This document shows, in pieces, positions 1-13,537 of a stretch of DNA of 64,000 nt. The stretch covers positions 7,130,001-7,194,000 of the forward strand of contig NC_043005.1 in NCBI RefSeq assembly GCF_006345805.1, given 5' to 3'. The notes under the pieces were generated by a model, which saw only the letters and a list, made by a program, of their open reading frames with translations, had not been told where the DNA came from and did no database searches. The position numbers and the translations under genes are program-made. How positions within the stretch are numbered: position 1 is the first letter of the stretch; the number at the start of each line of letters is the position of its first letter. The stretch is from Octopus sinensis. Taxonomy: Eukaryota.

Positions 1-769
1 GCCAACTAAGGATTTGGTGGTGTATATCCTGTCACTAGCATTGTACTATGTTCAGATGACCCAACTCACGTAGTTGTAAGTAGTACAACAGTGAAATGGT
101 TCAGTGTTATAAGCAGTGAAGCATTGTAAAAGTAATAATGCTGTTGAGTTCAGGTCTTTTTGTGAGCCTGGACCATGCTAGAAGTGCCAACAACACAGCT
201 CTGTATCACCAACACTTAAGAAAGACTCAAAAATAAATAAATTAATATGAAGAATATGTGGCTTAAAGGAATACTGTGAAATTTCTAAATAGAGTGATCA
301 AATATTACAAAAGCAGAGAAGAGTGGTAAGTTACAGGGAGTTGTGTAAGAAGACATCAAGTGTATACCACTGATGAAGATAAAAAAAAAAGCAAATTAAT
401 TAGAGATATAATTTTGCTTGAATAAATGTATTGGAGTTCACGGGTAGCTACTGTTAAACACAAGCAAACTAGGGAAATAAAGAAAAAAACTTCTTACCAA
501 GGTGATTAATTTAGAATTCATCTATCAACAAAAGAGTTTTCATGTCACAATTTACTTACAAAGAGCTCTTCATTTAAGATAAATTCATTTACTGATACAA
601 TGTGGAGCAGTTTTTAAATCTAAATCTTAAATATAAACTTATATAATGAATTCAGTACTCTGATAAATAAAAGGATTAAGCATTCTATATTTCTAATGTT
701 AAAATAGAGCCAAAAAAACAAAAGTCCCAGGAGTTTCCGTAATAGCATTTTTTAAAAGAAATTTACTGT

Positions 770-901
770 TAATTTGAATTATCATTCATTATCTTATCAT
801 GTATATATAAATGTAATTTCAAGAAGCTAATAATGAATAAAAGATGAAAGAAATACTTTAATATTTCTCTTATAACCCAGATAAAAAGATAAGAGAATTT
901 T
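770..901 (-). pseudogene. Copy B pseudo-exon, channel S6-like
   Basis: Acceptor cattataacag; translation SISFIFLFIISFLKLHLYIHDKIMND resembles S6 (PKD2 FVFFMFFILLNMFLAIIND); upstream stops. Confidence 0.35.
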
Positions 902-1064
902 CTGTTATAATGCATTTTATATGAATTAGATAGTTTTATAAAAGTAGGTTAATTCAATCAAATTAAAATTCAAATTACTTCACATTTTGGTATTTAATAA
1001 AAGAAGGAAAAAAAAACATTATACACATTTGAACAGAAACAATTTGAAACTGATTTGTATATCA

Positions 1065-1235
1065 TTTGTGTAGTAATAATTAAAATAAAGAACAGAAAAA
1101 TGTAATTATATTAAGGTTATCATTTGTTTGGAAATGGCATAGCAACTGGCAATAGTAATTTAGTAGCATTAATGTTTGTGTAAATTCAAGATTAGTTTTA
1201 TTTTTAAACAACCTTAAAATCCGCATCAGTCATCA
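1065..1235 (-). pseudogene. Copy B pseudo-exon, channel S5/pore-like
   Basis: LEFTQTLMLLNYYCQLLCHFQTNDNLNIITFFCSLF*; MLLxY-x7-F spacing matches PKD1L2-type S5 (MLLAYSIASNLIF). Confidence 0.45.
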
Positions 1236-1533
1236 ATTGTTTATGAACAGTGTTTCTGTTCTGTCAAATATTGACATTTAATCAGTGACCAAAACTTTCA
1301 AATCTGTGTCAAATGAGAAACAAAGTCCTAGACTTAAACAGGATCAGAGTGCGAAAGTATTTGAAAATGTTGCAGATTAGATAGCATAATTGAGGTATTA
1401 AGGAGACATTTTTGCATGAGCCTCATTTACTGGGGATCTGCTGGGATTTTTTAGTCGTAAGCTGTTGAAAGATACAAGGTATAAAATTCAATATGACTCT
1501 TCATTTCAGTTTTGTAGGCAATGATAATTTTAC

Positions 1534-2012
1534 CAAGATGCTGGTGAGCATAAATACTGCAGCTAGCATAATGTCAAGATGATAATTTAGATGTTATCCT
1601 GTCAGACGCCTAACACATAAAATTGAACAGAAAGTTATGGATAAATATAACAATTCTTTTCTTGTTGTAGCAATAACATTACCATGTATTCTATCATCAT
1701 TGATTTGTAATTTTTCTATGTAAATCTAATCATAGAAAATGTTAGTAATAAATAAAAGAACAAAGAACAAAAAATGGTGAAAGCAACATAAAAAGTAACA
1801 ACATTTGTAACTGGAATTAGATGTGATCACTTTACTACAGGAAAAATAAGAGTTAAGGAAGAAATATATAACAATGATAACAAATGCTAAAATTTCTAAG
1901 ATAAAAGCCAAAAATCTAAATGAAAATTTAATACATAACACAGAAAGAACACTGGAAGAAAACTTTCCAAATCAGGGAAATGTAAAAATTCCTTAATATT
2001 TAAATTTAAGAA
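1534..2012 (-). pseudogene. Copy B pseudo-exon, end of TOP plus channel S2-S4
   Basis: Acceptor ctttcattccttag, donor ttg/gtaaaa. One frame with 4 stops: *GIFTFP*...FLAFILEILAFVIIVIYFFL...VIATTRKELLYLSITFCSILCVRRLTG*HLNYHLDIMLAAV. The last part parallels PKD1L2-type S4 and linker (LRLNPKMNMITAAL). Confidence 0.62.
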
Positions 2013-2304
2013 CTAAGGAATGAAAGAAAGAAAATAATGTACAAAAACTTAATTAAAAAAAAAAAATTGCATTTTCTGACATACACTGTGTACCATAACA
2101 ATATTCTTATTCCACATCCCACATTCCGAGTAATTTCTCATTTCCAGAACACAAAATCTCCTTGCTTTTTTTTTTCTTATTTTTCTATAATGAAGTTAGT
2201 AGCAATATCTACTGGCATATTGTGCTATGATTGTTACAAATTTTATTCTACTTCAGTCAGTTTGGATCAAGTTGGGCAGCAGGTGGTAATGCAAAACAAC
2301 AAGA

Positions 2305-2336
<32 letters not shown>

Positions 2337-2479
2337 CACTACCACTACCACTATTTGTGGCAATCTTTTTTTCCTGTTGCAAGCATACTATCATCTGTTT
2401 TAGCTTTTGCTGAGAATTTATTAAATCTTTACTTGTGACAACCATTAGCTAACATTGTTTGGGAATTCTTGTCTGTATA

Positions 2480-2716
2480 GATGACACATTCAAATCACTG
2501 AAGCTATAGCTTGAGGCTTTTTGCTGCAATTTTTGTAGAACCAACCCAGTTAAGAACATAGCCTTTGTAATAAATGTAGAGAGTGTGTTGGGAATCTGCA
2601 TGGGATTTTTTCCAACTGCTGGATGTTCCCATGCTAAAAATCCTCATTATACACCAGAGAAGATGAAGACTAACGGCTTTGCACACCTTGAGTTGTAGCT
2701 GTTTGCCCAATATCAG
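2480..2716 (-). pseudogene. Copy B pseudo-exon, polycystin TOP domain
   Basis: LILGKQLQLKVCK resembles LLLGxPRLRQLRV; YYKGYVLNWVGSTKIAAKSLKL*LQ*F resembles YxGGGYVVDLGxTxxxAxxxLxxLxxxxW. Confidence 0.65.
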
Positions 2717-2788
2717 CTTGATCAGAAAGATATATAATCAAAGGTGCTACAGCCATGAGTATCATATTTTTTTTTAATACAGCCTTAA

Positions 2789-3004
2789 CCCTTTAGCATT
2801 CAAATTATTCTGTCAAATGTAATACTTTTTCATTCACAGTTTTAATTAATCATGCATTATTTTGTAGCTTCAAAATTATGATGGTGCGATTGCATATTTT
2901 ATAATAGCAGTGAGGAGTAGAGGTGATAGGCTGGATCTGGCTGGCTAGAATATAAAACAGGTAGCATATTCGAGTTGGATCTGGCTGGTTTAAATGCTAA
3001 AGGA
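2789..3004. mobile_element. Decayed piggyBac-type MITE
   Basis: TTAA|ccctttagcatt left end; tgctaaagga right end (mutated inverted repeat). Confidence 0.5.
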
Positions 3005-5807
3005 TTCCCCATACTACTATCTTAAATAGCAACCACATTGAATAGGTTGTAATTTGAATGACATTTGGCTGCTATTTTTGTCAAGTGATTGCAGAGGTTA
3101 TCTCATTGGATTGTATCTATATTTTAAGTTTAGAGGAAAGTCAAAAATTCTCATATGCCAGGAACTCAGTGCAATCTTTTTGTAAATACATGTTTCAATG
3201 CAAAATAATTGTTAAGGGATTTGCTACCTGAAATTGTGCTGCTGACATTCTTATAAGATGCAAAATAAATAGAAAGCATACTTGTAGAGTGAAGCGTTTT
3301 AGTTCTACATAGGATCAAATCAAACATCATTAAAAGTTCTAAGAATCTGAAACATCAGCAAACACCAACAAATAGCATTTCTTTGATGAACTTTTCAAGT
3401 GTTTCAGGATGAACCCTAACAGTTATCATGACAAACAGTACTTAGTCAGCATGCAGTAGTAAATTTAAGATGAAAAAAGTTAATGAGCACACAAGAAGTA
3501 AAAAGTTCCAATTCTCATAATTTTTCTGTTTAATCATGCAGAAGCTTTTCTATTGAAGAATATTTCTGCAGTCATGAAACAGTTGGAAAAGTACTTCTGT
3601 GGGTACTCTGGCTCCCTGAAAATAATCCGTAATGCATATTGTAAACAGTGTCACATGCTTAGATCATGTCAATGAAGACAGAGTTGAAGCTTACATTATA
3701 CTCCCAGAAATAGTCTTACTGTCTAAATAATGTCTGTCATATTACAATGAAGGTGTAAATCAATTAATGACATAGAAATACTCCCTTCTAAGATGATATC
3801 ACAATCAGCTTATGGTGTTATTTTGCACACAAGGATTTTTCCAACTTGAGAACCAAGTTGTGAGGCATTCTAACCTCCAATACAATCATCTCAAAATAAG
3901 GCTTTTACAAATACAAAGAATATTTCCGAGTTCACACAAACCTCTATCATCACAAGCACCAATAAAGTAACAGGTGTGTTCCAATCAATTATTGAAGACA
4001 TTAACATGAGATTGATGCTAATGAAATTATCTGCCGAGACATGTATGAATATGTATGCAGTCTCAAATAGCATCAAAGTATTTCTGTATTAAGGAGGAGT
4101 TTCATACTGATAATAGACTGTGGAAGTTATGCCTGAACTGTATAACTTGTAATCATATTACCTCGTAATTTTGTTTATTCAACTTCAGTGTATAAGTTAC
4201 CTGCATATTTACCACATTATTCTCATTATTAAGCAAACCTTATACTCAAAAGAGTTCTTGTAATCAGAGCAAAAACCAAAGTTCTTTTTTAAATTTTAAA
4301 TTTGTCATAATTACACTAGTTGAGGATCAGTAGCACTTATCCCTATATTTTTGGTTAACACATATACTACTCAAGGGCATTGCCCCTCTTTCTGCAAGGA
4401 ATTACTATGTTATACTTTACCACTGTAAAAAGCTCTGTAAAAGCTCATAATTATTTCATACGATTGAAATATTAAGTTCTACTAATTACATGTGAATGAC
4501 CATGGCAATGAACATTAATCCAAAGACATGAAAATGAACGGTTTCAAATTTTAAGAATAATTTTAATTTTGATTTTAATTCTTACAATAATCAACAATGG
4601 CTAATTTAAACATTCAGTACCAGTACATCAAATGTCATAGTGGCACTATTTGTGGTACAAACATCTATGAAATAAAGCCATGACCTTCTAAGATGGTCAA
4701 TTAGATGTAGTTGATAATTTGTTACTTAGATGCTGGTGGAGATGGTTGTATCAGAAACATGAATGGCAACAAAATTTTTACTTTTCATGTAAAGGGTAAA
4801 ATGTATGGTATATGTGTTAGATATGTGTTAGATATGTGATGGGGACTGAATGGGGAAGAATTTCAAGTACTGAAGAGATTTAAGGTGAGCTGCAAGAGCA
4901 GCTAAGCATTAGAGGCATCAGCTGAAGCAAGCAAGAGAGATGACCACATTGGTATGAACAGGTGATGCGAATGGAGAATGAGTGCTGAGTGGAAAAGTGT
5001 TGTGCTTGTTGGTGGAGGGTTTTCAAAAAGATTGGGGAAACATAAAAATAGTAATAAAATCAGATCACAGAACACTGGGTCTCATGGGAAAGATGAAGAA
5101 AGATCAAAAAGGAGTAGTGATATGTTTTATAGCAGCACCATATAAGCATGAAAAAAACATTAAACTGTTGATGAGGATTCTACGAAAGCGAATAAAAACA
5201 ATGTGTAAAAAATTTCTTCATAAATTCTCATTTGGAAGCATATACTTTATACTATTTTTCTACACAATATACTCCTAATGTTCTTAATTAATAATCTTTA
5301 ATACAACTGTTTGTATTTTAAATATTCATGTATATTTTATAAATTCAATGAAATTATTTTAAAGCTGTTTAAAGTTTTTTTTTTTAAAAAGGGAAACAAA
5401 ATATAAGAATCACAATAAACATAATATGAGAAACAAAAATAATATTTAAATTTATTTTTCATATATAAGAAATGAAAAGAAAACACTCCATGAAGTAAAA
5501 TTTTTCTTATAATTAATAATTGACACTAACATATACTTAGTAACTGATTGTGTTTGGTAGCATACTATCTATCTATTTATGTAGAAAAATAAATAAAGTT
5601 GCTAATAATTTGTCAAAGAAAAAGAAGAAAATCTGAATATAACTAATAATTAATTTTACATCATAAAAAAAAAAGGAAAATTACATTAAAAAAATAGTGA
5701 AAACATATTTTTGGTTAGGTTTGTAAATCTAATGTGATCAAAATGAACTGAATTTTAAGACATTGTTTCTGTTCCCTCAGTCCACATGTTCTCCAACGTT
5801 AACATAA

Positions 5808-6030
5808 GGCGGCAAGCTGGCAGAATCGTTAGCATGCCGGGCAAAAAAGGTTAACAGTATTCTGTCTGCCACTACGTTTTGCGTTCAAATTCCGCCGAGG
5901 TCGACTTTGCCTTTCATCCTTTCGGGGTCGATAAATTAAGTACCAGTTATGCACTGGGGTCGATGTAATCGACTTAATTCATTTGTCTGTCCTTGTTTGT
6001 CCCCGTGTGAGCAATAAAGAAACACAATGT
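5808..6030 (+). mobile_element. tRNA-derived SINE with V-domain-like body
   Basis: A-box-like ctggcagaatcg, B-box gttcaaattcc, V-like gcctttcatcctttcggggtcgataaattaagtacca; flanking duplication caa(c/t)gttaacataa. Confidence 0.8.
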
Positions 6031-7008
6031 TAACATAAAGTCTGATGACTATTTACAATTAAGTAACTTCACATATCTTCATAACTGAATACTTTCAAAA
6101 CTCCTAACAAAATGGTAAAAACTACTTATTAGTTAGATTGTAATGTTTGAATGAAGGTTGTAGATACTTCGATAACTACTTATAGCATCAATGGAAAATG
6201 TCACACTGTGAGCAACGAAAGAATAGTAACAGTTACAGCATATACTATACCTGTCGTGCACCCTCACAAGCAAAGAAACTACAGAAATTATTTTATTGGT
6301 GCAGCTGCACATCACAATTACTGGAACAATGAGATTCAAAATTCATGATCCACATTGCAAGATACTTGCACAATGAAGCTTATTGAAGTGTTCAACTACT
6401 GCTATTTTCACTGTGACAGGGATAAATTCAGTGGCAAGGATGACTAAGTATGACTGGTATCTCCCCTCAATTGCAGGAGGTTGCCAGAAATCAATTCGGT
6501 TGGAAACTGCCTTAAAAATTGTCTGCTACAACTTGTTTTTCTCCTCTTGCCTTGGTCTTCCTGGACCTATCCAAAAGGTCTAAATAGGTTATTCCACTCC
6601 AGCTAAAAAGCCCCCTCTACTCTTTTCCTAAGCAAATGTTCTGACAAGAACTAGGAGGAGTAATCATTAACCTCATGCTAGGTCCATCTGTCCTATTGAC
6701 AGGTCTTGTTTTTGCTTTGCTGGGTGTCTAACAATCCTCTACATCAGACTAGTCCAAGGTGGGAATGTTAGTTACCAACAAGCCACCTCACCATATAACA
6801 GACTCTACTAGATGACATGTTGCCATGATGACATAGATGCAAATACATATGCACCTAGTGTGAGTAGTTGTGGGTCTATAATACTTATCTGTAATTGTAG
6901 TGAAGAAATCCAATATACTATGTATAGAATTCATATTTTACAGTAATTCAATTTAATACTTGTGATGGTAGTGATAGAATTGTTAGTTATTATGGGAACA
7001 GTGATGAT

Positions 7009-7009
7009 G

Positions 7010-7064
<55 letters not shown>
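7009..7064. repeat. (AAT)n microsatellite
   Basis: Direct read. Confidence 0.95.
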
Positions 7065-7065
<1 letters not shown>

Positions 7066-7144
7066 CATTTATTGAAGGGGCCTTTTTTGTATACTGAAAT
7101 AACTCTCAAATAGTAACTTTATATGCTTACTCAGTATTTATTAA

Positions 7145-7364
7145 CCCTTTCGTTACTGTATTTATTTTGAGATGCTCTGTGTTTCTTCGAATTACTTTGA
7201 ATATAACAAAGAATCTAATAAAATAACTTAGTTATCATTCAGCTAGTGTTAGGAACATAGATTGTGACTAGGGTTTGGTGGAAGATTTTAATTCAGAAGT
7301 TATGAAAACAAGACATTTGTACTCAAAGCCAGAGCCGGTTTCAGCCGGGTTGGTAATGAAAGGG
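7145..7364. mobile_element. piggyBac-type MITE
   Basis: TTAA on both sides, TIR ccctttcgttac / gtaatgaaaggg; same family as 28416-28636. Confidence 0.85.
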
Positions 7365-7399
7365 TTAATATGCAAATGCCTTTTCTTGTAGCTAACAAA

Positions 7400-7635
7400 C
7401 AGTACAGATAGAGTAACTGTTTTCCTGATGGATATTCTGAGTCAGAAATTATGGTTCCAGAAGTGCAAGAACAAATAAAACATTAATATGCTGGAAATGC
7501 CTGTTTTACTTTGGCTGTTAAAGTTGCAGAAACTTGAGTGGTTTTGCTCTCTTTCATTAAGGTTATTTGAGCTTTAAGTTCCTCAATACTTTTAATTGAA
7601 GTAATCACTAAATTATTGGGAAGAAAAGTTTTTGC
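7400..7635 (-). pseudogene. Copy B pseudo-exon, pre-TM6/TM6-like
   Basis: SIEELKAQITLMKESKTTQV resembles the charged helix before TM6; frameshift into HINVLFVLALL. Confidence 0.4.
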
Positions 7636-8049
7636 TTAATTTGTCACATGCAATCAAGAATCTTTATAGAGCTTTCCAAGATTCTAGAGAAGGTTGATGC
7701 TGTCAGTTTTGATGTATAGGGAACACGTATAGAACAAAAGTTAACATTTCAAGGAAATTAGATTGTGTTAATAATTAAAGTAGAGTCATAGCAAAATAGC
7801 TTAGAATTGGTAAGTTGATAAAAATATTGGGCAGTTTAAGGTAAAAATCAACTTTCCTTATATTTTTGGATCAGTGCCCCAATTATTATTTGAACAAGAA
7901 AAACAAATATGTTAAAGACTACAACTTTCAAAAAAGAATATAAACACAGAAGTGGTTTTGTTCCATGACTATAAATTTATTATAGTGTAAATAAATTAAC
8001 TGATGGGTGCACAAAGTGTAGTGGAATACCTGATAGACAGATGAACAAC

Positions 8050-8480
8050 TTGCACTTGCAAGAATTGCATCAGCAAAGCTGGTAATATGTATGAATCACT
8101 TGTAGAGGTTATAATTTGTTCTGATGAATCACTGGAAATGCTTGACAAATTCTCTTATTTAGACATAATCAGCATTGGAGATGAAGCTGGCTAGGGTCCA
8201 TAGTGGCTGGAAGAAATTCACAGAACTTTTGCTTATACTGACAATCAAAAGGTTAAATTTATTTTCCAAAGTAAAATGTATGTACATACATGCATCAAGA
8301 TTGTTATTCTGCAGTGCATGGAGACAAGAGTAGTGAATCCATTTTATATATTCAAAGTGGATTTAAGTAAGATAATTGTGGATATATGCTATGTAAGCTT
8401 CCAAGTGAAATATGTTAAACAGAATAAAGGAGCTTCGTAGTGAAAGAGGAAGGCGTGTTAACACAATGCTAATAAGTAGT
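8050..8480 (+). mobile_element. Old RTE-clade LINE ORF remnant
   Basis: Degenerate counterpart of the KFxYLGDxIS...WxKFxELxP segment seen better preserved at 31.2-31.4 kb. Confidence 0.45.
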
Positions 8481-8759
8481 TGAATATGATGCTGCTCTAA
8501 AGTAAAGCGATAACATAAGTCAGCCAGGTTTAAATGACAGTGTAATTAGAAACAAAGACAGACACTAACAAACCAATTTAACTTTATTTGATATCAAGAT
8601 GGAAAATAGGTATAAACTTTAGCAGAAACCTTCTACTTAAATGCATTTCAATTAAAGTTATAATCACAAGAACAAATTTTTTTTTAAAATAGATTTTCGA
8701 AATCTTAATGTATTAAAACAATAGTTCAAAATAACTTAACACAGATTCATATATTCTAA

Positions 8760-8971
8760 GAAGTGAAATTTTAATAGCTCTCCAAGATAATCAGAATGTT
8801 TTTTAGATTCTAAACAAAATAAGGTTTCAGTCTACAAAGCAATAGCTTTATATGCAATGTTATTACAAAAAAGAATCTGTGGATATAGATGAGATAATGC
8901 CATTGACGATGATAGCACAAAAGAAGACATGAAAATAATCAAGATAGTTTGGCATAATGTGTGTAATCAAC
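8760..8971 (-). pseudogene. Copy B pseudo-exon, TM4-like
   Basis: Acceptor cctatttttag; *LHTLCQTILIIFMSSFVLSSSMALSHLYPQ is hydrophobic and ends in LY, as in PKD1L TM4. Confidence 0.35.
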
Positions 8972-9429
8972 CTAAAAATAGGAGGATCTACATTTATCCA
9001 TAATGATATAGACAAGTTATAGGAAGATCACTTGGATATGGATGTTGCTTGTAGATTGATCATATTACAGTAAAATGAAATAGACAAAATCCCTCAATTA
9101 AACAACAAAATCCCCAACCTAACTATATGCAACAGACCAATTGACAAGTGTAACAAATATTAATACAACCCAGAAATAGCACAATCGAACATATATCTTT
9201 ATTAAAGCATTCATTTTAGATTTGATGATAGCAAACAATATCAATTATAAAACAGATTACCAATGTATCAAGAAATACAAATCATTTTTTAAAAAAGTAA
9301 ATCAAATATAATCATATAATATTTAATGTTTTTTTTTCTAAGTGTCAGGTATAAAGATAATATATTGAAATTATTAATCACATTTTACTCAAAAACAAAC
9401 ATGATTTCCAAAGAAAAATAGAAACATAC

Positions 9430-9520
9430 AGAATGAATTATCATCCTAAGTCAAACTATCAAAAAGAATAATAAATATAAAAAATGAGCACAACATCCTT
9501 GGTTTTACCCATTTTTCTCT
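9430..9520 (-). pseudogene. Copy B pseudo-exon, TM2-like
   Basis: Acceptor tatcttatgccaacag; EKWVKPRMLCSFFIFIILFDSLT* is positioned after the PLAT remnant. Confidence 0.3.
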
Positions 9521-10719
9521 GTTGGCATAAGATACAAAATAACATGGCTTCAGTTCTCCCAGACTGAAGTATCATAATAACCAGTGTTCTATAGTTTGAT
9601 CTAACTATTAAAAATAAAAAACAGATTCTAACCCAGCTATTCTTGAAGCTTACAAACAATCCACACGAATAAAGTTGTTTTGGCTGCTAACAAATAACTC
9701 AAGACAAATTAGGTTCTCTGTCAAGCTTCCTGTATTCCACTACTATACAGTACCATGGTGACAGACTGGTAGAAGTTAGTGCATTAGAAAAAGATAACTT
9801 GCAACGGGGTCAAAAATAAAGGATTAATCAAGGACTGGGATGATATGATATCGACTTATTCATCACCCAAAACGTTGGACATTACACCCATGTTAGAAAC
9901 CATTATTATACAGCACTATTCTTCTGACACAAGGATTATGTCACTCACTATTCTGCCAGCCAACTATGTGTTTTCTATCATGAATTCTTTCTCCAAATAT
10001 CTTTCACTAACAACACACTCCAGATACAAAACCATTTACAGTACAACAATTAGCACTGAATGCTTGCAAAATATTACTTCCATTAAAATATTAGAGCTTT
10101 CATGATTTTTTAGTCTGTGGTTGATTTCACTTCCAGAAATAACTGTATGAATATTTTGGTGTATCCTCTGTGCACTCATTATACTGCTTGTATAACAGCT
10201 TCTAATCTAGACACAAAGCCAGCAGTTTGGGGGCTAGCGAGTTAGGCAATATCAACCCCAGTACTTGACTGGTATTTCATCTAATTAACTCTGAAAAGCA
10301 AAGTTGATTTTAGTATGATTTGAACTCAGAATGTAAAGCACGGGAAGATATACCACAAAGTATCTATTCCAAGATTTTTAATGATTCTGATAATCCAATG
10401 CCCTGTACTCCCTATCTATAAATTAAATTTTTTTTTTAAAAAAAGCTATTCCTGAATGCTATTGGGGGTGGGGTTGCATAGAAGAGCTCTCATGGGTTTC
10501 CAGTTTCTGAGTGGAACTGAAATACTCGACTGATCACACTGATATTTTTAGCTGTTTATAAATAGTTTAGATATCTCTACAATGACTAAATTTTCTTAGA
10601 ACCAAGCTTGACACTTTTAATTCAACTGCCCTATGCTAATTCTTCATTGATTCTTATTAGATTTGTCTTCAAACTTTCATAATTTATTTCTATTTCATGC
10701 CAGACACCAGGAATAACAG

Positions 10720-11004
10720 CTTCTTACGTAAACTAGCAACTAGAATAAGTGATTAGTGCAACTCCTATCTACTGAAGATTTCAATATTTCATTTGCTATC
10801 ACAAATGAGTCTGCGGCTTCTTTTGCTGCCTTGCAGTTAATTTCTTTTTCTTTTTTTTTTTTATTTCCTTCTTCCATTATTTCAAATAAAAGCCAGCAGT
10901 TTTTGTCACATTCATACACTGTTTAATAATTCATAACAATGACACATCCCTAACTTCTGAGCTCTTCACTAAGTGGTTAGTAATCAAATACCTTAACCTT
11001 ACAA
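10720..11004 (-). pseudogene. Copy B pseudo-exon, PLAT C-half and post-PLAT
   Basis: CKVKVFDY*...RS*GCVIVMNY*TVYECDKNCWLLFEIMEEG...DRSCTNHLF* parallels PLAT SWxxxxVxVxxxxTxxxYxFxCxxWL and the downstream DxHLW motif; TAG at the Trp position (10950-10952). Confidence 0.58.
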
Positions 11005-11224
11005 CTGAGAAATTTCATAAGAAACACTACTAAATTAACAAGACTTGGACTTGAAATTATAACATACAATATGTTAATATCTTTTTTTGATACTTTTACA
11101 TTTATGTTTATTGAATATGTTTTTATTTCTTTATAGCATACTTTCACTTCAGATTTTATTGAAAATTATTGAATGTATTATTATTTTAGTTTGTTACAAA
11201 GCGCTTTACAGATAGACATTAACC

Positions 11225-11376
11225 CTGGAACAAATTCATAATAATAATACTGCTCAATCACCAGTAAAATGCATCTTATTTGAAACACACAGAACTGAAC
11301 AGAGAAGTGGTCAATGACAACGCAGGAGTTGTGCTCTCCTTTTTTACTACATACAACAAAAGCAAATAAAAACTGA
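11225..11376 (-). pseudogene. Copy B pseudo-exon, PLAT N-half
   Basis: Acceptor tatattttcag; FLFAFVVCSKKGEHNSCVVIDHF resembles YxYxVxVxTGxxxGAxTxxxVxI. Confidence 0.4.
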
Positions 11377-13109
11377 CTGAAAATATAAACAAATCATAAT
11401 CACACAAATCCACTGGCCAGGGGCTAAACATAAGCAACTTATAACCAATAAGTTAATGTGGGAGAGCCTCTACATGGACATTTAAATATGAGGCAAATTT
11501 CTTCCAAATTATACTTTACCAATTTAAATAAAGAAAAGTTACATTACATATTGTATTCCAAGGTACTCTTAAAAAATATGGGATGGTTTCTGGCTGAAAT
11601 GCTTTTGAACATAATTCTGTCTATTCAGAGCTAGCCTAGGGTTAAGCAGCAATAATATGACACTGAATAACTTTCATGTGTAATTTTTATACGGTTAATG
11701 AGATTAAGTTTTCAAAACAGCAATTTTAAAACAGAACATTTAAAAAATGATGATAAAAATGAAAAACCAGAAATCATGTCAACAAAAGATTCTCTTCTTA
11801 TAGGAACTGGATAGCAGAATCAGTAGAGTTTTGAGCGTAATAGCTTGCAATATTTAGTTACATCCTGTTATGTTCTAAGTGTGATAAATGGTATCAATTA
11901 CAAGGCCTTCTACAACCAGACAAATCCTTCAATGGGTGATTAGCACTAATCTTTTGTTTCTGCTCACTAGAAGTCTGTCTACACAAGGACAATCAGCATA
12001 AGATTGCTAAATATAAGGAGCAGGAGAGCTATGTTCTTTTTATTATATTGAATACAGAAGATAATATTAAATTTTGCTTACATAAAAGAAAAAAAAACAG
12101 CAACCAGATAGTAATAAGGATTTTTCAGCAGAAAGAAAGAATTCTCTTGTAAGGCTTGTTCCTTACAGACAAAGGATTACATGAAGCATTTGTGAAGATA
12201 TGCATAGCATACCAGTAACACTATGGAAATGAAAGAAACAAGTATGAAATGCTCTAATGATGCAAAGTGTGTCAATAATAGTAAACAGACCATTAATAAT
12301 TAGTGTAGATATAATACTTGAAGACTATGTTTATGAGGTAGAAATCAATGAAAATAACTGAGTGAACAAGGCAATGAAAACAAGTGTAGACAAAGAAAAA
12401 TTTGCAGTGTAGTAGTCATTGTTGATAAGAATTAGGACTGAAAGTAAGGAGCTGAAGAAGTATGGAGTCTAAGTTATCCAAGCATGAAACAGAGATAATG
12501 ATAGTAATGGTGTTGACGATGTTGATGATAATGATAATGATATCAGAAAGATTGAGTCAACAGCATTCAGGAAGAGGAAGATATAGTCATATACTATATT
12601 TAGGAGGAAAAAACAAACAAAACAAAACAAAACAAAAAAAAACACCTAAGAAATTCAGAAAGTAAAAAAAGAAAATGGAAAATATCTCAGCATTTTTGTT
12701 TAGTTACAGGGAAGAAATTATATTTCACACAGATAAAAGTAAAATATCAACTTGCTTATGAAGATAGACACGCCAACACACACACACACACACACACACT
12801 TTCATGAACATGAGTGCACGCACATACATGCATGTGCATACACACACACACACACACACACACACTCTCTCTCTCTCTCTCTCTCCCTTTCTCTTAACAT
12901 AGACAACATTAAATAATTTTTCTTAGGTAAAATATAAAAAAAAAATATTTGAGTAAGAAAACAAAAAAACAAAACCACAAGATGCACCATAAAGTCTAAA
13001 ACATTAATACAAAAACGAAAATCTCTTAAAGCCACAATCTTCTCATATAATGATTATGTTTAAGTTGTGATACAAGCAAAAACCAAAAAGTAAAAATGAT
13101 CTAAGTGCT

Positions 13110-13537
13110 AGTCTTTGGCTGCTGATCCGTTGATGGAAAATTATGCAGCTTTGAACTTTGCCATCATAAATCCAGCCTTTCCATCATTTTTGACTTCTGT
13201 GACCACTTTAAGTTTTGCAAACCACCAAATAGCCACAGCAACAAAATGTTATATGATAGAAACACCAACAGGTCTCCTTGTCAAGATTTCATTTTAGGCC
13301 TTTTTATCTTTCTAATCCCATCACTCTACACTGCAGTATGGTGGCCAGTGATGGACACTAAGCCATGATCTTCTCGACAGCCACTTCCAAGAGAGAAGCT
13401 TGCCACTAATCCCATACTTAACTCTGTCAGATAAGATAGCAAATGCTCTGACATCACAGGGAAAAGGGTGAGGATAACAGTTTGACTCTATGACTACAGC
13501 AATGTCGACTAAATTGCCAGCAAGGTAGCAATACAAT
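13110..13537 (-). pseudogene. Copy B pseudo-exon, GPS- and TM1-like
   Basis: Acceptor ttaaatcgctcag; GSGCREDHGLVSITGHHTAV* (degenerate GPS) followed by RPVGVSII*HFVAVAIWWFAK (TM1-like). Confidence 0.4.

Larger units (their letters stand above)
770..13537 (-). pseudogene. Decayed polycystin-1-like (PKD1L-family) gene, copy B: GPS/TM1-PLAT-TM2..TM6-TOP-TRPP channel
   Basis: Ten minus-strand segments translate to polycystin-like motifs in correct order, most behind canonical AG acceptors; multiple in-frame stops and frameshifts. See individual segments. Confidence 0.7.

Noticed and set aside
2231-2445. PolyS/polyL/polyY ORFs
   Set aside because: Translations of a (TAC)n/(CAC) microsatellite between the TOP and S2 remnants.
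10950-10952. TAG at the conserved PLAT Trp might be rescued by A-to-I editing (UAG to UIG), making the gene functional
   Set aside because: The same segments also contain TAA/TGA stops at non-Trp positions and frameshifts that editing cannot repair.
13336-13467. Plus-strand exon candidate (ctgcag ... aagg/gtgagg)
   Set aside because: All three frames stop within a few codons; the minus-strand reading fits better.
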